Positions 8,485 through 18,382 are shown, counted from the first letter of the stretch. The stretch: DNA of 49,909 bases from Meiothermus sp. (GCA_033762915.1 JANRLD010000116.1:1-49909); one strand, 5' to 3'. A program made the numbers and translations. The notes: generated by a model not told the origin, from the letters alone.

Positions 8485-10044
8485 ATGACCCTTAATCCTA
8501 TTTCCCAGACCTCGAGTCCCCCTACCCACCTCGCCCCCAACGCCGTCGAGATGCGCGGCATCGTCAAGCGGTTTCCGCTGGTGCTGGCCAACGACCACGT
8601 AAACTTTGCGCTTTCCTGGGGTGAAGTCCATGCCCTGGTGGGCGAGAACGGGGCGGGCAAGAGCACCCTGATGAAGGTCCTCTATGGCATTCAGCGCCCC
8701 GACAGCGGAGAGCTTCTTATCGACGGCGTGGTACAGAACTTCCGCCATCCCCACGACGCGATCAATCTGGGCATCGGGATGGTGCACCAGAACTTCATGC
8801 TGGTGGAGAGCTTCTCGGTGCTGGAGAACGTCATTCTGGGGGCTGAACCCCACCACGGCCCAAGCCTCGACCTAGCCGTCGCCAGGGCGCGGGTGCAAGA
8901 GCTGATCGAGCGTTTCGGGTTCTCCCTCGAGCTGAGCCAGCGCGTCGAGGATCTACCCATCGGGCTGCGGCAAAAGGTCGAGATTCTAAAGGCCCTTTAC
9001 CGCGAGGCCCGGATACTAATTCTCGACGAGCCCACCGCCGTGCTCACCCCGCAGGAAACCGATCAACTCTTCCGCTTCCTGCGCGACTACGCCGCCCAGG
9101 GCAACAGCGCCATCTTTATCTCGCACAAGCTGCACGAGGTGCTGCAGATCTCCGACCGCATCTCGGTGATGCGCGACGGGCGGATGATCGGAACCATCGA
9201 GACTCGAGGGGCCACCCTTCCGCAACTGGCCCGAATGATGGTGGGGCGCGAGGTCGAATTGCGGGTGGAAAAAGGTCCGGCCCATCCAGGGGAGGTGGTG
9301 CTCGAGGTGTCCCGCTTGAGCGTTGCCCACGCCAAGGAAAAACCACACGTGCACGAGGTTAGCTTTAGCGTGCGGGCCGGGGAGGTGCTGGGCATCGCGG
9401 GGGTGCAGGGCAACGGCCAGTCCGAGCTGGTGGAAGCCCTGGCCGGCTTAACCCCCTATACCGGCAAGGTCCGCTACGTTGGTCAGAACTTGGGCCAGGC
9501 CAAGGCTCGGCTGGTGCGCCAGAAGGGGGTTTCCCACATCCCCGAAGACCGCAACCAGCGGGGCTTGGTGCTGGAGTTCAGCGCCGCCGAGGACCTGATC
9601 CTGGGCGACCACCAGGCGTTGCCCTTTGCCAGCCCCAACGGCTTCCTCGATCAGCCGACCATTGAACGAACTGCTCGGCAGCGTATCGAACAGTTTGACA
9701 TTCGGCCCCACTCCACCACCTTGCACGCCTCGAGATTCTCCGGCGGCAACGCCCAGAAGATCATTGTGGCCCGCGAACTCTCGCGCAACCCTCGAGTCCT
9801 CATCGCCGCACAGCCCACCCGCGGGGTGGACATTGGGGCCACCGAGTTCATCCACGAGCAGATCGTAAAAGCGCGGGATCAAGGCGTGGGGGTGCTGCTG
9901 GTCAGCGCCGACCTGGGCGAGGTGATGGGCCTTTCGGATCGCATTTTGGTGATGTACGAGGGTGAGATCGTGGGCGAAATGACGGCCGAAGAGGCCAACG
10001 AAGAGCGGCTGGGCCTGCTGATGGCCGGGGTGCGCGGGGTCTGA
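8485..10044 (+). CDS. Double-domain CUT2 nucleoside/sugar ABC ATPase (NupA/YufO-like), no permease adjacent
   Basis: [50 protein letters not shown]. Confidence 0.93.
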   Translation: MTLNPISQTSSPPTHLAPNAVEMRGIVKRFPLVLANDHVNFALSWGEVHALVGENGAGKSTLMKVLYGIQRPDSGELLIDGVVQNFRHPHDAINLGIGMVHQNFMLVESFSVLENVILGAEPHHGPSLDLAVARARVQELIERFGFSLELSQRVEDLPIGLRQKVEILKALYREARILILDEPTAVLTPQETDQLFRFLRDYAAQGNSAIFISHKLHEVLQISDRISVMRDGRMIGTIETRGATLPQLARMMVGREVELRVEKGPAHPGEVVLEVSRLSVAHAKEKPHVHEVSFSVRAGEVLGIAGVQGNGQSELVEALAGLTPYTGKVRYVGQNLGQAKARLVRQKGVSHIPEDRNQRGLVLEFSAAEDLILGDHQALPFASPNGFLDQPTIERTARQRIEQFDIRPHSTTLHASRFSGGNAQKIIVARELSRNPRVLIAAQPTRGVDIGATEFIHEQIVKARDQGVGVLLVSADLGEVMGLSDRILVMYEGEIVGEMTAEEANEERLGLLMAGVRGV

Positions 10045-10077
10045 GCGCTCCGCAGAACTTCGAAGGAGGTGGGGCGC

Positions 10078-11127
10078 ATGCCCATCGAAACCCAGCGGTC
10101 GAATTACACCAAGAGAAGGGACGGGCTGTGGGGCACGAGCCCTGAGCAAACCAGCCCATACATCCCAGCGCACCTTCAAATCGAACAGGTCAAGGGGAAC
10201 TCCTTGGGAGCTGTTCAGGACTTCGGCTGCTACGAAGAAACCACCATCCTCTCCAAAGGCAACCGCATAGTTTTGTCCATCTGGGTGGTCAAGCCCCTCG
10301 CCGCTACGGTGCTGTTCCTGCCAGGTACCATGACCCACCCTCTGTTTTACCGCGAACTGCTGGAAGGGCTCGGCCAAGCGGGGTTCAATGTGGTGGGGGT
10401 GCACTTTGTGGGGCACGGCAAGAGCCCCAGGGTTTCCGGCTTCACCTTCGAGGACCTGCTACAAAACGCCCGCGATGCCCTGAGCTATGCCCTGCACCGC
10501 TTCGGTGGGAAGGTGGTAGTGCTGGGCAGCAGTCAGGGGGGGATTCTGGCCATGGCCTTGGCGGCCTCAGACCGGCGATTGAGCGCCGTCTTCGCCCACA
10601 ACATCCTCGACCCCGAGATTCCAGAGTCGCTCGAGGTCACCCGCTTTCCCCGCAGGCTCGAGCCCCACCACCGACGCCTGGTGGACGGGGTACGGCGCCT
10701 GGCAGCGGTGTTTCCCCAGTTCCCCGTGCCCCTCAACTTCTACCTAGACCCCCTGCGCATCACCCGAAAGCCCAGGTTGCTGCGCCGACTCGCCACCGAT
10801 CCTTTGGGCCTGCGCAGCTACCCCCTGCGCTTCCTGGCCAGCCTGTTCTCAGCCGATCTCAGCGGGATGTACGACGGCAGTATCGGCTGCCCGGTAGTGG
10901 TGATCACCTCGAGGGGCGACCCCCTGTTCCCGTTTGCAAATACCGAAAACCTCTACCGGCGAATCGTGGCCCCATCCAAGGAATTGATGGTATTTGATTG
11001 CGGTATCCACCTGATATTCAACGAGTGCCTGGGCTCTGTACTGCCCCAGCTGGTGGAACGGCTGCATCGGCATCTCGACACCGCTGATGCCGAGTTCCAC
11101 CGGGATCGCCTTTGCGCGCCCGCCTGA
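10078..11127 (+). CDS. Alpha/beta-fold hydrolase (lysophospholipase-like)
   Basis: GHGKS, GSSQGG nucleophile, GDPL (Asp), GIHLIF (His); RBS AAGGAGG. Confidence 0.82.
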   Translation: MPIETQRSNYTKRRDGLWGTSPEQTSPYIPAHLQIEQVKGNSLGAVQDFGCYEETTILSKGNRIVLSIWVVKPLAATVLFLPGTMTHPLFYRELLEGLGQAGFNVVGVHFVGHGKSPRVSGFTFEDLLQNARDALSYALHRFGGKVVVLGSSQGGILAMALAASDRRLSAVFAHNILDPEIPESLEVTRFPRRLEPHHRRLVDGVRRLAAVFPQFPVPLNFYLDPLRITRKPRLLRRLATDPLGLRSYPLRFLASLFSADLSGMYDGSIGCPVVVITSRGDPLFPFANTENLYRRIVAPSKELMVFDCGIHLIFNECLGSVLPQLVERLHRHLDTADAEFHRDRLCAPA

Positions 11128-11175
11128 CGGCGGATACCCGGCGTCAGCCTGTTCATACCCAAAAGGAGGTGTGCA

Positions 11176-11844
11176 GTGAACACCAACGAAACCCTGCAAC
11201 GCGACGTGGTCGAGCATCTCGAGTGGAGCCCGGCCGTGGACGCCTCGAGCATCGGCGTGACCGTCAAGGACGGCGTGGTCACCCTCTCCGGCTTCGTGCC
11301 CAGCTTCTCCGAGAAACACCTCGCGGTCAAGCTGACGCAAAAGGTACGGGGGGTCAGGGGGATTGCCGACGAGCTGGAGGTGGCCCTGCCGCTGGCCATG
11401 GAGCGCACCGACAGCGAGATCGCAGCCATGGTGGTCAAGGCCCTGGAGTGGGACGTGATGGTACCGCCCGACAAAGTTCAGGTGACTGTCAAGGGCGGAA
11501 GGGTCAAGCTCGAGGGCCGGCTGCAGTGGCAATACCAGCGCCGCGCCGCCGAGCAGGCTGTCCACAAACTTCCCGGGGTTAAGGGGGTATACAACCTTAT
11601 CGTGATCTACAACCCCGCCTCCTCCACAACGGTGAAGCGCTCCATCGTGGCGGCCCTACACCGCAGCGCCGAGGAAGACGCACGGCAAATCGGGGTCGAG
11701 GTGCAAGACGATACGGTGGTGCTATCGGGAACGGTGCACACCTGGCTGGCCCGAGAGGAGGCCGAGGAGGCAGTCTGGGCCTCGCCCGGCGTCTCCAGGG
11801 TGGACAACCGGATCGTGGTCAACCCCAACCTGATGTTGCACTGA
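11176..11844 (+). CDS. Triple BON-domain (OsmY-like) protein
   Basis: Three repeats of VxVxxGxVxLxG..A..A...GVxxVxNxI; RBS AAAAGGAGG with GTG start. Confidence 0.92.
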   Translation: MNTNETLQRDVVEHLEWSPAVDASSIGVTVKDGVVTLSGFVPSFSEKHLAVKLTQKVRGVRGIADELEVALPLAMERTDSEIAAMVVKALEWDVMVPPDKVQVTVKGGRVKLEGRLQWQYQRRAAEQAVHKLPGVKGVYNLIVIYNPASSTTVKRSIVAALHRSAEEDARQIGVEVQDDTVVLSGTVHTWLAREEAEEAVWASPGVSRVDNRIVVNPNLMLH

Positions 11845-11854
11845 GGGGTGGGTT

Positions 11855-12664
11855 ATGAGGTTTCTTCTGACCATTAGGCTCCTTCTCCTCGTATTGCTGG
11901 CGTACATCCCCCCGCTTCCCCCACCGCAAGCCGCACCGCCAGCGCCCGACCACAACCCGCAAGCGACGTCCACTCTCGAGTGGGTCCAAGAAGACGAAGC
12001 CAGCTACCCGTTCACCTGGCAGGTTTTTCTCTTCGACACTTCCCGCCCTTCGGAGACCTGCGCGGTCTTGCTGGAGGACTTAAAGCAGCAACAAGCTTTT
12101 CTCTCCGCCTACCAGAACCCCCACCTGCTGGAATACGCCCGGAAGAACGAGGTCGACTGGTCGGGGTACTTTGAAGCCATACGAAACCTATCGGTGAAGA
12201 TCTATCAGGTGGGGGAGTTGGGGGCGCTGGATGCGCTTAGCACTGTAGACCAGATTCCCACCTACTTCGCCCAGACCAACTCCGCCTCAAGCAACCCTTA
12301 TCCGGTGGTGGTGATGGAAACCCATGCCAACGGCACCATCTGGGGTTTGGATGCCAAGGGGAACCACCTTCAGCTGGTTAATCGCGGCGGTCTGATCAGC
12401 GAGTCGGCCGAGGAACAAGTACTTGAAGCCCACAAGGCCCAGTTCGGCCAGGACGCGGGAAAGGTCATCTTCTATGCCAACCTGTACCACGAGATGAAGC
12501 ACCTTGCTCAGCTGCGCCAGAACCCCGCGCTGGTTGAAACCATGAGCCTAGATCAGTACCAGCGAAACGAGGTCGAGGCCTACCAGGTCTCGCTGAACAT
12601 CGTCTTGGAGGCACTGTCCACCCACGGCTGTAAGTCGCCGGAGCCGCACAACGACGGCCGGTAA
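11855..12664 (+). CDS. Secreted hypothetical protein with HExxH zinc motif
   Basis: Hydrophobic N-terminus, Pro-rich linker, LYHEMKHLAQ ... NEVEAY. Confidence 0.7.
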   Translation: MRFLLTIRLLLLVLLAYIPPLPPPQAAPPAPDHNPQATSTLEWVQEDEASYPFTWQVFLFDTSRPSETCAVLLEDLKQQQAFLSAYQNPHLLEYARKNEVDWSGYFEAIRNLSVKIYQVGELGALDALSTVDQIPTYFAQTNSASSNPYPVVVMETHANGTIWGLDAKGNHLQLVNRGGLISESAEEQVLEAHKAQFGQDAGKVIFYANLYHEMKHLAQLRQNPALVETMSLDQYQRNEVEAYQVSLNIVLEALSTHGCKSPEPHNDGR

Positions 12665-12692
12665 TGTTGCCGTAATGCCACAGTCCTAACTT
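12661..12692 (+). promoter_or_regulatory. GTAAT-N6-GTAAT box 5 plus -10 (TAACTT)
   Basis: GTAAT GTTGCC GTAAT GCCACAGTCC TAACTT; overlaps the upstream stop codon. Confidence 0.75.
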
Positions 12693-12755
12693 CGGCTCGA
12701 GGGTCGCTCTGAGCGAACGTAGGCCCGTTTTCCCGGCCCTTATGGAGGTGAGGCC

Positions 12756-13667
12756 ATGAAGGAAAACCTCAACACGGGTATCGCCAGTCGTCTCGACGAA
12801 GTGGCGATCTTGCTAGAACAGCAGGGGGCCAGCCTGTTTCGGGTGCGGGCCTATCACAACGCGGCCCAAACCCTGCGGGGGCTGAATCGTTCGGTGGACG
12901 AGATTCTCAAAAGCGAGGGGCTTGAGGGCCTGGAGAAACTGCCCGCCGTCGGGACCAGCCTAGCCCGCTCGATTCGCAGCCTGGTCCAAAGCGGGAACCT
13001 GCCCCTGCTGGAGCGCTTGCGCGGCGAAGGCGACCCCGAGAAGGCGCTGCAAACAGTTCCGGGCATCGGCCCCAAACTGGCCGAACTGCTCCACGATGAG
13101 TTGGGCATAGAGTCTCTTGAACACCTCGAGCAAGCGGCCTACGACGGACGCCTGCGCAACCTGGCCGGTTTTGGCGAGAAACGACTGGCCGGCATCCGCG
13201 ACCTCTTGGCCCAGCGCCTGGGGCGTCTGCGGCAGCGGCAGGTTTCGAACCGTAGGCATCCCGGGGTGGAGGAGTTGCTTGAGATAGACCGTGATTACCG
13301 TGAAAAGTCCGAGGCCGGAGTGCTGCGCAACATCACCCCACGACGTTTCAACCCCAAAGCCGAGGCCTGGCTTCCAATCTTCCACACCCACCGGGGCGGT
13401 TATGCCTACACCGCTTTGTACTCCAACACCGCACGGGCGCACGCCCTCGGGACCACTCGAGACTGGGTGGTGATCTACTGCGACGACGGCAGCGGCGAGC
13501 AGGCCTACACCGTCATAACCGCCCAGTACGGCAAGCTCAAAGGCCAGCGCATCGTACGCGGTCGCGAGGCCGAGTGCGAACAGCACTACGCCTCGGGCGC
13601 TCAGCCCCAACAGCTCCATCAACCCCCAGCCTTGAATGCCGAAAGCCCCATGATTAAGGCACTCTGA
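12756..13667 (+). CDS. Helix-hairpin-helix DNA-binding protein (PolX-like N-terminus, no polymerase or PHP domain)
   Basis: N..IASRLDEVA.LLE.QGA..FRVRAYHNAA, LPAVGTSLA, VPGIGPKLA, LAGFGEKR; C-terminal PRRFNP..AWLP..TALYSNTARAH..DWVVIY. Confidence 0.85.
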   Translation: MKENLNTGIASRLDEVAILLEQQGASLFRVRAYHNAAQTLRGLNRSVDEILKSEGLEGLEKLPAVGTSLARSIRSLVQSGNLPLLERLRGEGDPEKALQTVPGIGPKLAELLHDELGIESLEHLEQAAYDGRLRNLAGFGEKRLAGIRDLLAQRLGRLRQRQVSNRRHPGVEELLEIDRDYREKSEAGVLRNITPRRFNPKAEAWLPIFHTHRGGYAYTALYSNTARAHALGTTRDWVVIYCDDGSGEQAYTVITAQYGKLKGQRIVRGREAECEQHYASGAQPQQLHQPPALNAESPMIKAL

Positions 13668-13739
13668 GCCAATCGGCCGGGCATGCCGAGCAGTTTTGCA
13701 TATCTACACGGGCGCATTTCGGAGCGAACAAGCTGGACC

Positions 13740-14276
13740 TCAAAGCCAAACCAACCCTACCCCGATAGCGGGTATTAGGGCGATTTTTCGAGTATTGGCC
13801 AGGAACTCGGCAGGCTGGAGTACGGCGGGTGCGGCACGGGCTCGAGGGTATTCCGAATGTCCCGCTCGTGCTGCTGGGTAGGGCCACAGGGTGTCCGGCT
13901 TGCGTCTTGGGCCACGACCTACTGACTTCCCGGGCCGGAACGTACCCTGGTCATCGTCGCGGTGTTCTGCCTGCGCGCGCGGTTTGACCTCGAGGGTGTG
14001 AACCCGCCAACGTCCATCCTGCTTGACGAGCCTAACCTCCACATAGCTACCCACGCCGGGGCAGCCGTGCTCGTAATGGACACTCTTCGCCAGGATCAAC
14101 TGCTGCCCATTTACCACAACGAAGTCCGCCTGCGGGTCGAAGCTCTCCACCCTGCCCACCACCTCGCGGTGGGTCTGACGGTTCACACTTCCCCGCCCAA
14201 CCTGGCTTCTGCCTTCGGGGTTTTCGCAAAAGCCGCCACAACCCCCGCTTTGTACCCCTCGCACTACAGGAAACAT
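13740..14276 (-). CDS. Hypothetical protein with a DUF5666-like OB domain (start uncertain, possibly GTG 14186; may be degenerate)
   Basis: EVVGRVESFD..FVVVNGQQL..GVGSYVEVRLVKQDGRWRVHTLEVK; C-terminal hydrophobic tail. Confidence 0.5.
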   Translation of the reverse strand: MFPVVRGVQSGGCGGFCENPEGRSQVGRGSVNRQTHREVVGRVESFDPQADFVVVNGQQLILAKSVHYEHGCPGVGSYVEVRLVKQDGRWRVHTLEVKPRAQAEHRDDDQGTFRPGKSVGRGPRRKPDTLWPYPAARAGHSEYPRARAAPAVLQPAEFLANTRKIALIPAIGVGLVWL

Positions 14277-14349
14277 GTCGAGCGGTAGCCCGGGCCAACG
14301 CTATCGAGGCAGACCAGTCTTCAGCGCTCACTCGAAACCTGGGCCTATC

Positions 14350-14640
14350 TCATCTCGAGCGCCTGCGGCTGCCCGCGAAGATACCCCCGGAGAACCCCCC
14401 GATGCCCAGCATGAAGCCGAAATCGTACCACAGGCCCGCGTTGGGATAGGCGTAGATTCTCAATTCGTTTGGAAAGAGGCTAATGATGAAGGTGATTGGA
14501 GCAATGAAGCCATGCCAGAGCCCCAGCCAGAATCCGGGGCCACCCGGCTGCGGGGATACCGCCTGGGAGGCGGTACAGGCTGCCAGCACAAGCATCAGCC
14601 CGCACAGCAAGGCTCGCCATATGCAAGGAAACTTCTCCAT
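14350..14640 (-). CDS. Small membrane lipoprotein (conserved hypothetical)
   Basis: Lipobox LAAC; PGFWLGLWHG..IYAYPN.G.WYDFGF; RBS AAGGAGG. Confidence 0.8.
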   Translation of the reverse strand: MEKFPCIWRALLCGLMLVLAACTASQAVSPQPGGPGFWLGLWHGFIAPITFIISLFPNELRIYAYPNAGLWYDFGFMLGIGGFSGGIFAGSRRRSR

Positions 14641-14754
14641 TTAGCCCTCCTTGGCTAAGCGGGCTACTCGGGCGCTTCGACAACCCGCTCTCTCGATCTC
14701 GATCAGCCCAGCTCAGGCCGCAGCTGCCCACCTATTCGCGCCTCGAGGGTGGCT

Positions 14755-15453
14755 TCAGGCCGCAATCGACAGGTTCTGGTCTCCCACCACGCGCCCGTCC
14801 TCGAGCCGCACAATACGCCGTACGTGCTCCAATAGGCGGGGGTCGTGGGTGGAGAACAGGAAGGTCACCCCATGGGCCTGGTTGAGGTGCTTCATCAGCT
14901 CGATCAAGGTCAGGCCGGTTTTGGAATCGAGGTTGGCGGTGGGCTCGTCGGCCAGCACCAGCTTGGGCTCGCTGGCGATGGCGCGGGCCACCGCCACCCG
15001 CTGCTGCTGCCCGCCCGAGAGCTGGTTCGGGCGGCGGCTGGCCAGCTCGGCGATGCCCAGCTCGCCCAGCGCGGCCAAGGCCCGGTGCTCCCGCTCTTTG
15101 CGCCCCACGCCTTGCAGCTCCAGCACAAACGCAGCGTTCTCGAGGGCGCTCAACACCGGAATTAGGTTGTAGGCCTGGAACACGAAGCCGAGGTGGCGCA
15201 GACGCAGGCCCGCCAGTTGCGCCGAGCCGAGTTGGTCAATCCGCTTATCCTGCAGCCAGACCTCGCCCGAGGTAGGCCTGTCCAGTCCGCCCAGCAGGTG
15301 CAGCAGGGTACTCTTGCCCGAGCCCGACGGCCCCACGATAGCCGTGAACTCGCCGGGAAAGACCTCTAGGTCCACCCCGCACAGCGCCGGAGTCTCGACC
15401 CGGCCTACCCGGTAGACCTTGCTCAGGTTTCTGGCTCGCAGGATGGGTTCCAC
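14755..15453 (-). CDS. LolD/MacB-type ABC ATPase (no permease adjacent)
   Basis: GPSGSGKST, GFVFQAYNL, LSGGQQQRVAVARA, DEPTANLD, STHD; GTG start with GAGGAGG RBS. Confidence 0.92.
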   Translation of the reverse strand: MEPILRARNLSKVYRVGRVETPALCGVDLEVFPGEFTAIVGPSGSGKSTLLHLLGGLDRPTSGEVWLQDKRIDQLGSAQLAGLRLRHLGFVFQAYNLIPVLSALENAAFVLELQGVGRKEREHRALAALGELGIAELASRRPNQLSGGQQQRVAVARAIASEPKLVLADEPTANLDSKTGLTLIELMKHLNQAHGVTFLFSTHDPRLLEHVRRIVRLEDGRVVGDQNLSIAA

Positions 15454-15463
15454 GTTGGCCTCC

Positions 15464-16654
15464 TCAGGGCTGGGCGGGTTCGCCGATGTCGCCGGCATGC
15501 ATCATGGGCTGTAGCGCGGAGGTGGCGACCCGAGCGAAGATGCTCCCCACCTCCCATTCCGCCGCAGCGGCCTCGTCCAGCCAGGCCGCGACCTGATTGG
15601 CCTGAGCCTGTGAGCGGATACCTTGCTGGATGGCCTGACCGACCGACTGGTAGTTTTGCCCGGCCTGCTCGAGCAGGTTGGCCGAGCGCATTAGCCCATC
15701 GTTCCCCGCGAAACGAGCCCGCAGAAAGTCGGCATTGTCCTGCCGGGTGTACGCCGCCGACAAGAACTGCTTTAGCTGGGCTGCCCCAAGGCTTCGCCAC
15801 CGCTTTCGGACCTTGTCAGCAGTCTGGGCGATGGCTGCGGCCCCCTGCCGGGGTCCGCGCTTCTCTCCACCCATCAATAGCTTGGCGTTGCGTCGCCAGA
15901 CCGGCTTAAGGTCGGACTGCTCGGGCCAGGGTTCAAACAGCGTGAAGATATAGCGCCAGGGATATCTAAAGCCTTTGGACACGCTCTCGACGGCCTCGAG
16001 CAGTGTTTCATCCGCCATCCAGCGCCCCTGGTGGCCAGGAGCACGGATGCCCGGCTCGAGAGGAGTGCCCTCGAGCGCCACTGTTGCGTAATAGAAAAAT
16101 CCCTTCTCGTCGTAGCCCACCAGCAGGTCGCTGTGGGGGAAGAACCCCTTCCGGCCATACAGTACCGAAGCATCAAGCGGGATGCGCAGCGGGTGGCCCC
16201 TGAAGAGGTGGAAGCGCAAGGCCCGCAGGTAAAGTTTGGGGTCATCTGTGGTGTAGAAGTGACGCACCAGTCCCAGGTACGGCGCAGCGACGGCGTGGCC
16301 CAGCTCGGGGTCGGTGAAGGGAGAAAAGCCGACCTCTTTGCCGGGCATCGCGACAGCCCCGTAGGTAGCGCCCATCAGAAAGTTGACCTCGTCCCTCGAG
16401 GCCGCTCTGCCCTTTTGCAGGGCGATCATCTGCAAGGCATTGGCCTCGCCGTAGGACTCGCGGGTGCAATGCCAGGGTACGTCCTCGAGGTGATGGCTGG
16501 GGGGAAAGTCGCCAACGGTGGTGGACTCGAGGGCGACAGGAAGATGCGTTTTGGAAAGGTGTTGCCTGGTTAACAAACGGACCCGCACGCCCCAGCCGAC
16601 CCATGTCAGCAGAGCAGCCAGCACCGCAATCAGAGTCCACGCCACCAAGCCCAT
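15464..16654 (-). CDS. Membrane-anchored papain/C39-like (BtrH_N-like) fold protein
   Basis: N-terminal TM helix; VPW..ESYGEANALQM; HSDLLVGYDEKGFFYY; helical C-terminus; RBS GGAGGTGG. Confidence 0.65.
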   Translation of the reverse strand: MGLVAWTLIAVLAALLTWVGWGVRVRLLTRQHLSKTHLPVALESTTVGDFPPSHHLEDVPWHCTRESYGEANALQMIALQKGRAASRDEVNFLMGATYGAVAMPGKEVGFSPFTDPELGHAVAAPYLGLVRHFYTTDDPKLYLRALRFHLFRGHPLRIPLDASVLYGRKGFFPHSDLLVGYDEKGFFYYATVALEGTPLEPGIRAPGHQGRWMADETLLEAVESVSKGFRYPWRYIFTLFEPWPEQSDLKPVWRRNAKLLMGGEKRGPRQGAAAIAQTADKVRKRWRSLGAAQLKQFLSAAYTRQDNADFLRARFAGNDGLMRSANLLEQAGQNYQSVGQAIQQGIRSQAQANQVAAWLDEAAAAEWEVGSIFARVATSALQPMMHAGDIGEPAQP

Positions 16655-16755
16655 AACCACCTCCTCGATACCTTGCGGCAGCCTTCCCACCGGTGGTCAG
16701 CAGCCCCGACCGCAGACGCGAGGATTGCCGTGCAAAAGGGGTTCTCTATCCCCTG

Positions 16756-16787
16756 ATATTGAGTCCTAACGATTACCTGAGCATTAC
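16756..16787 (-). promoter_or_regulatory. GTAAT-N6-GTAAT box 6 plus -10-like CAATAT
   Basis: Minus strand GTAAT GCTCAG GTAAT CGTTAGGACT CAATAT. Confidence 0.72.
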
Positions 16788-17128
16788 CAGCCGTGTTTAT
16801 CGGCCGGAGCCTTGCTCGCCCCAAGTCGGGCTCACAGACCACAGCCGTAACCCGATTGATCCCACTTCTCAACTCGGTAATGCAGCGCTTCCGGGCAACC
16901 TCGTATCTCCACCCTATCGTCGCCGGAAGAGCGCCGCAGGGTCGCGGGTACAGCCCCACTGCCCTTCAGGGCGAGCCTCGAGAACCCAGTCCTACCTCCA
17001 AACTGGTTTGGGCGAGAAGCATGCCGTGTTGCGGGCTTGCCCCGACCATCACTGGACCCGCATGGGGCCATGGGCTACGGTCGGAGTACCAATTTTGCTT
17101 AGCGCCCCGCACGGCATAAGCTCAGTCC

Positions 17129-18211
17129 GTGAACGTCTTGGGCATGATGTCGGGCACCTCGGTGGACGCGGTGGACTTGATTCTGGTCGAACTCGAGTTC
17201 GACCCGAACGGCAGGCTGAGCTGGAAGATCCTGGAGCACGTTGAGTCTCCCTTCCCCGCCGAGGTCCGCACCCAGATCATCCGCACCCTCAAGTCGCAGA
17301 GCAACACCCGCGAAGTCGCCCTGCTTCATCACGAGCTGGGGCGCTTTTACGCCGAGGCCGCGGCCCCGTTCAAAGGACGCGCCGACCTCGTGGCCTCACA
17401 TGGCCAGACCGTCTGGCACGAGCCTCCGCTAACCACTTTTCAGATCGGCGAGCCGGCCTACCTGGCCGAGGCCCTGGGGGTTCCGGCGGTGTCGGACTTC
17501 CGCCCCTCCGACTTTGCGCTAGGAGGCGAGGCCGCGCCCCTGGTACCGCTCCCGGATCTCTTGCTCTATGGTGAGCGGGGCGTCAACCGGGCCATCCACA
17601 ACATCGGCGGAATATCCAACCTGACCTACCTGCCCGCAGACCTCGAGCCCGCCCGCGTCCTGGCCTTCGACACCGGCCCCGGCAACGCGCTTCTCGACGA
17701 GGCCGCCGGTCGGCTGGGTTTAACCCACGACAGCGGCGGAAAAATAGCGGCCTCCGGCAGGGTAGATGAGTCGCTGGTGGAGCGCTGGATCACCCATCCC
17801 TACTTCTCCCGTAGACCGCCCAAGTCCACCGGGCGGGAGATCTGGAACCTCGAGACCCTCGACGAGGACGCCGCGCTGCCACCCCAGAATCTGCTCGCCA
17901 CCCTCACTGCTTTCACCGCCCACAGCATCGTGGGGGCCTACCAGCGGTTCGTGATGCCGCTGGGCCTGGACGAAATCTGGGTGGCGGGCGGCGGGGCCTA
18001 CAACGCGACCCTGATGGCCCAGATCAAGGCCGGCCTGAGCGTCCCGGTCTACACCTTCGAGGAGCGCGGTCACGACTCCAAACACCGCGAGGCGCTGTGC
18101 TTCGCAGTGCTCGGGTACCTGCGCTACCTCGAGCGGCCCAACGTGCTGAGGCAAGTCACGGGGGCACGGCGGGACGCGGTTGCTGGGAAGATCACTCTTC
18201 CCAGCAGGTAA
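17129..18211 (+). CDS. anmK: Anhydro-N-acetylmuramic acid kinase
   Basis: GMMSGTSVDAVD, SHGQTVWH, DFRPSD..GGEAAPLVP, NIGGISN, FDTGPGN, PPKSTGRE; leaderless (TAAGCT at 17117-17122). Confidence 0.96.
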   Translation: MNVLGMMSGTSVDAVDLILVELEFDPNGRLSWKILEHVESPFPAEVRTQIIRTLKSQSNTREVALLHHELGRFYAEAAAPFKGRADLVASHGQTVWHEPPLTTFQIGEPAYLAEALGVPAVSDFRPSDFALGGEAAPLVPLPDLLLYGERGVNRAIHNIGGISNLTYLPADLEPARVLAFDTGPGNALLDEAAGRLGLTHDSGGKIAASGRVDESLVERWITHPYFSRRPPKSTGREIWNLETLDEDAALPPQNLLATLTAFTAHSIVGAYQRFVMPLGLDEIWVAGGGAYNATLMAQIKAGLSVPVYTFEERGHDSKHREALCFAVLGYLRYLERPNVLRQVTGARRDAVAGKITLPSR

Positions 18212-18356
18212 ACGGCGGAAAAACGGGGGCTTGACTTTAGCGGGCCGCTCAGCCCTGGGGCTGCCCATAAGTTTTACCTCTGCAGTTATTCATCAAAAAA
18301 AGCCCGTACAAAACTTCTCCAACAGGATGTCTTCTTTCCTGATTTATCCTCCTCTT

Positions 18357-18382
18357 TACTATACCGTCTGGACGGTATAGTA
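18357..18382. promoter_or_regulatory. Probable TetR operator
   Basis: Perfect 12-bp inverted repeat TACTATACCGTC-tg-GACGGTATAGTA, 18 bp upstream of the tetR ATG. Confidence 0.85.

Noticed and set aside
18215..18356. Guanidine riboswitch ahead of the SMR genes
   Set aside because: No class I-IV hallmarks seen; the TetR palindrome explains regulation
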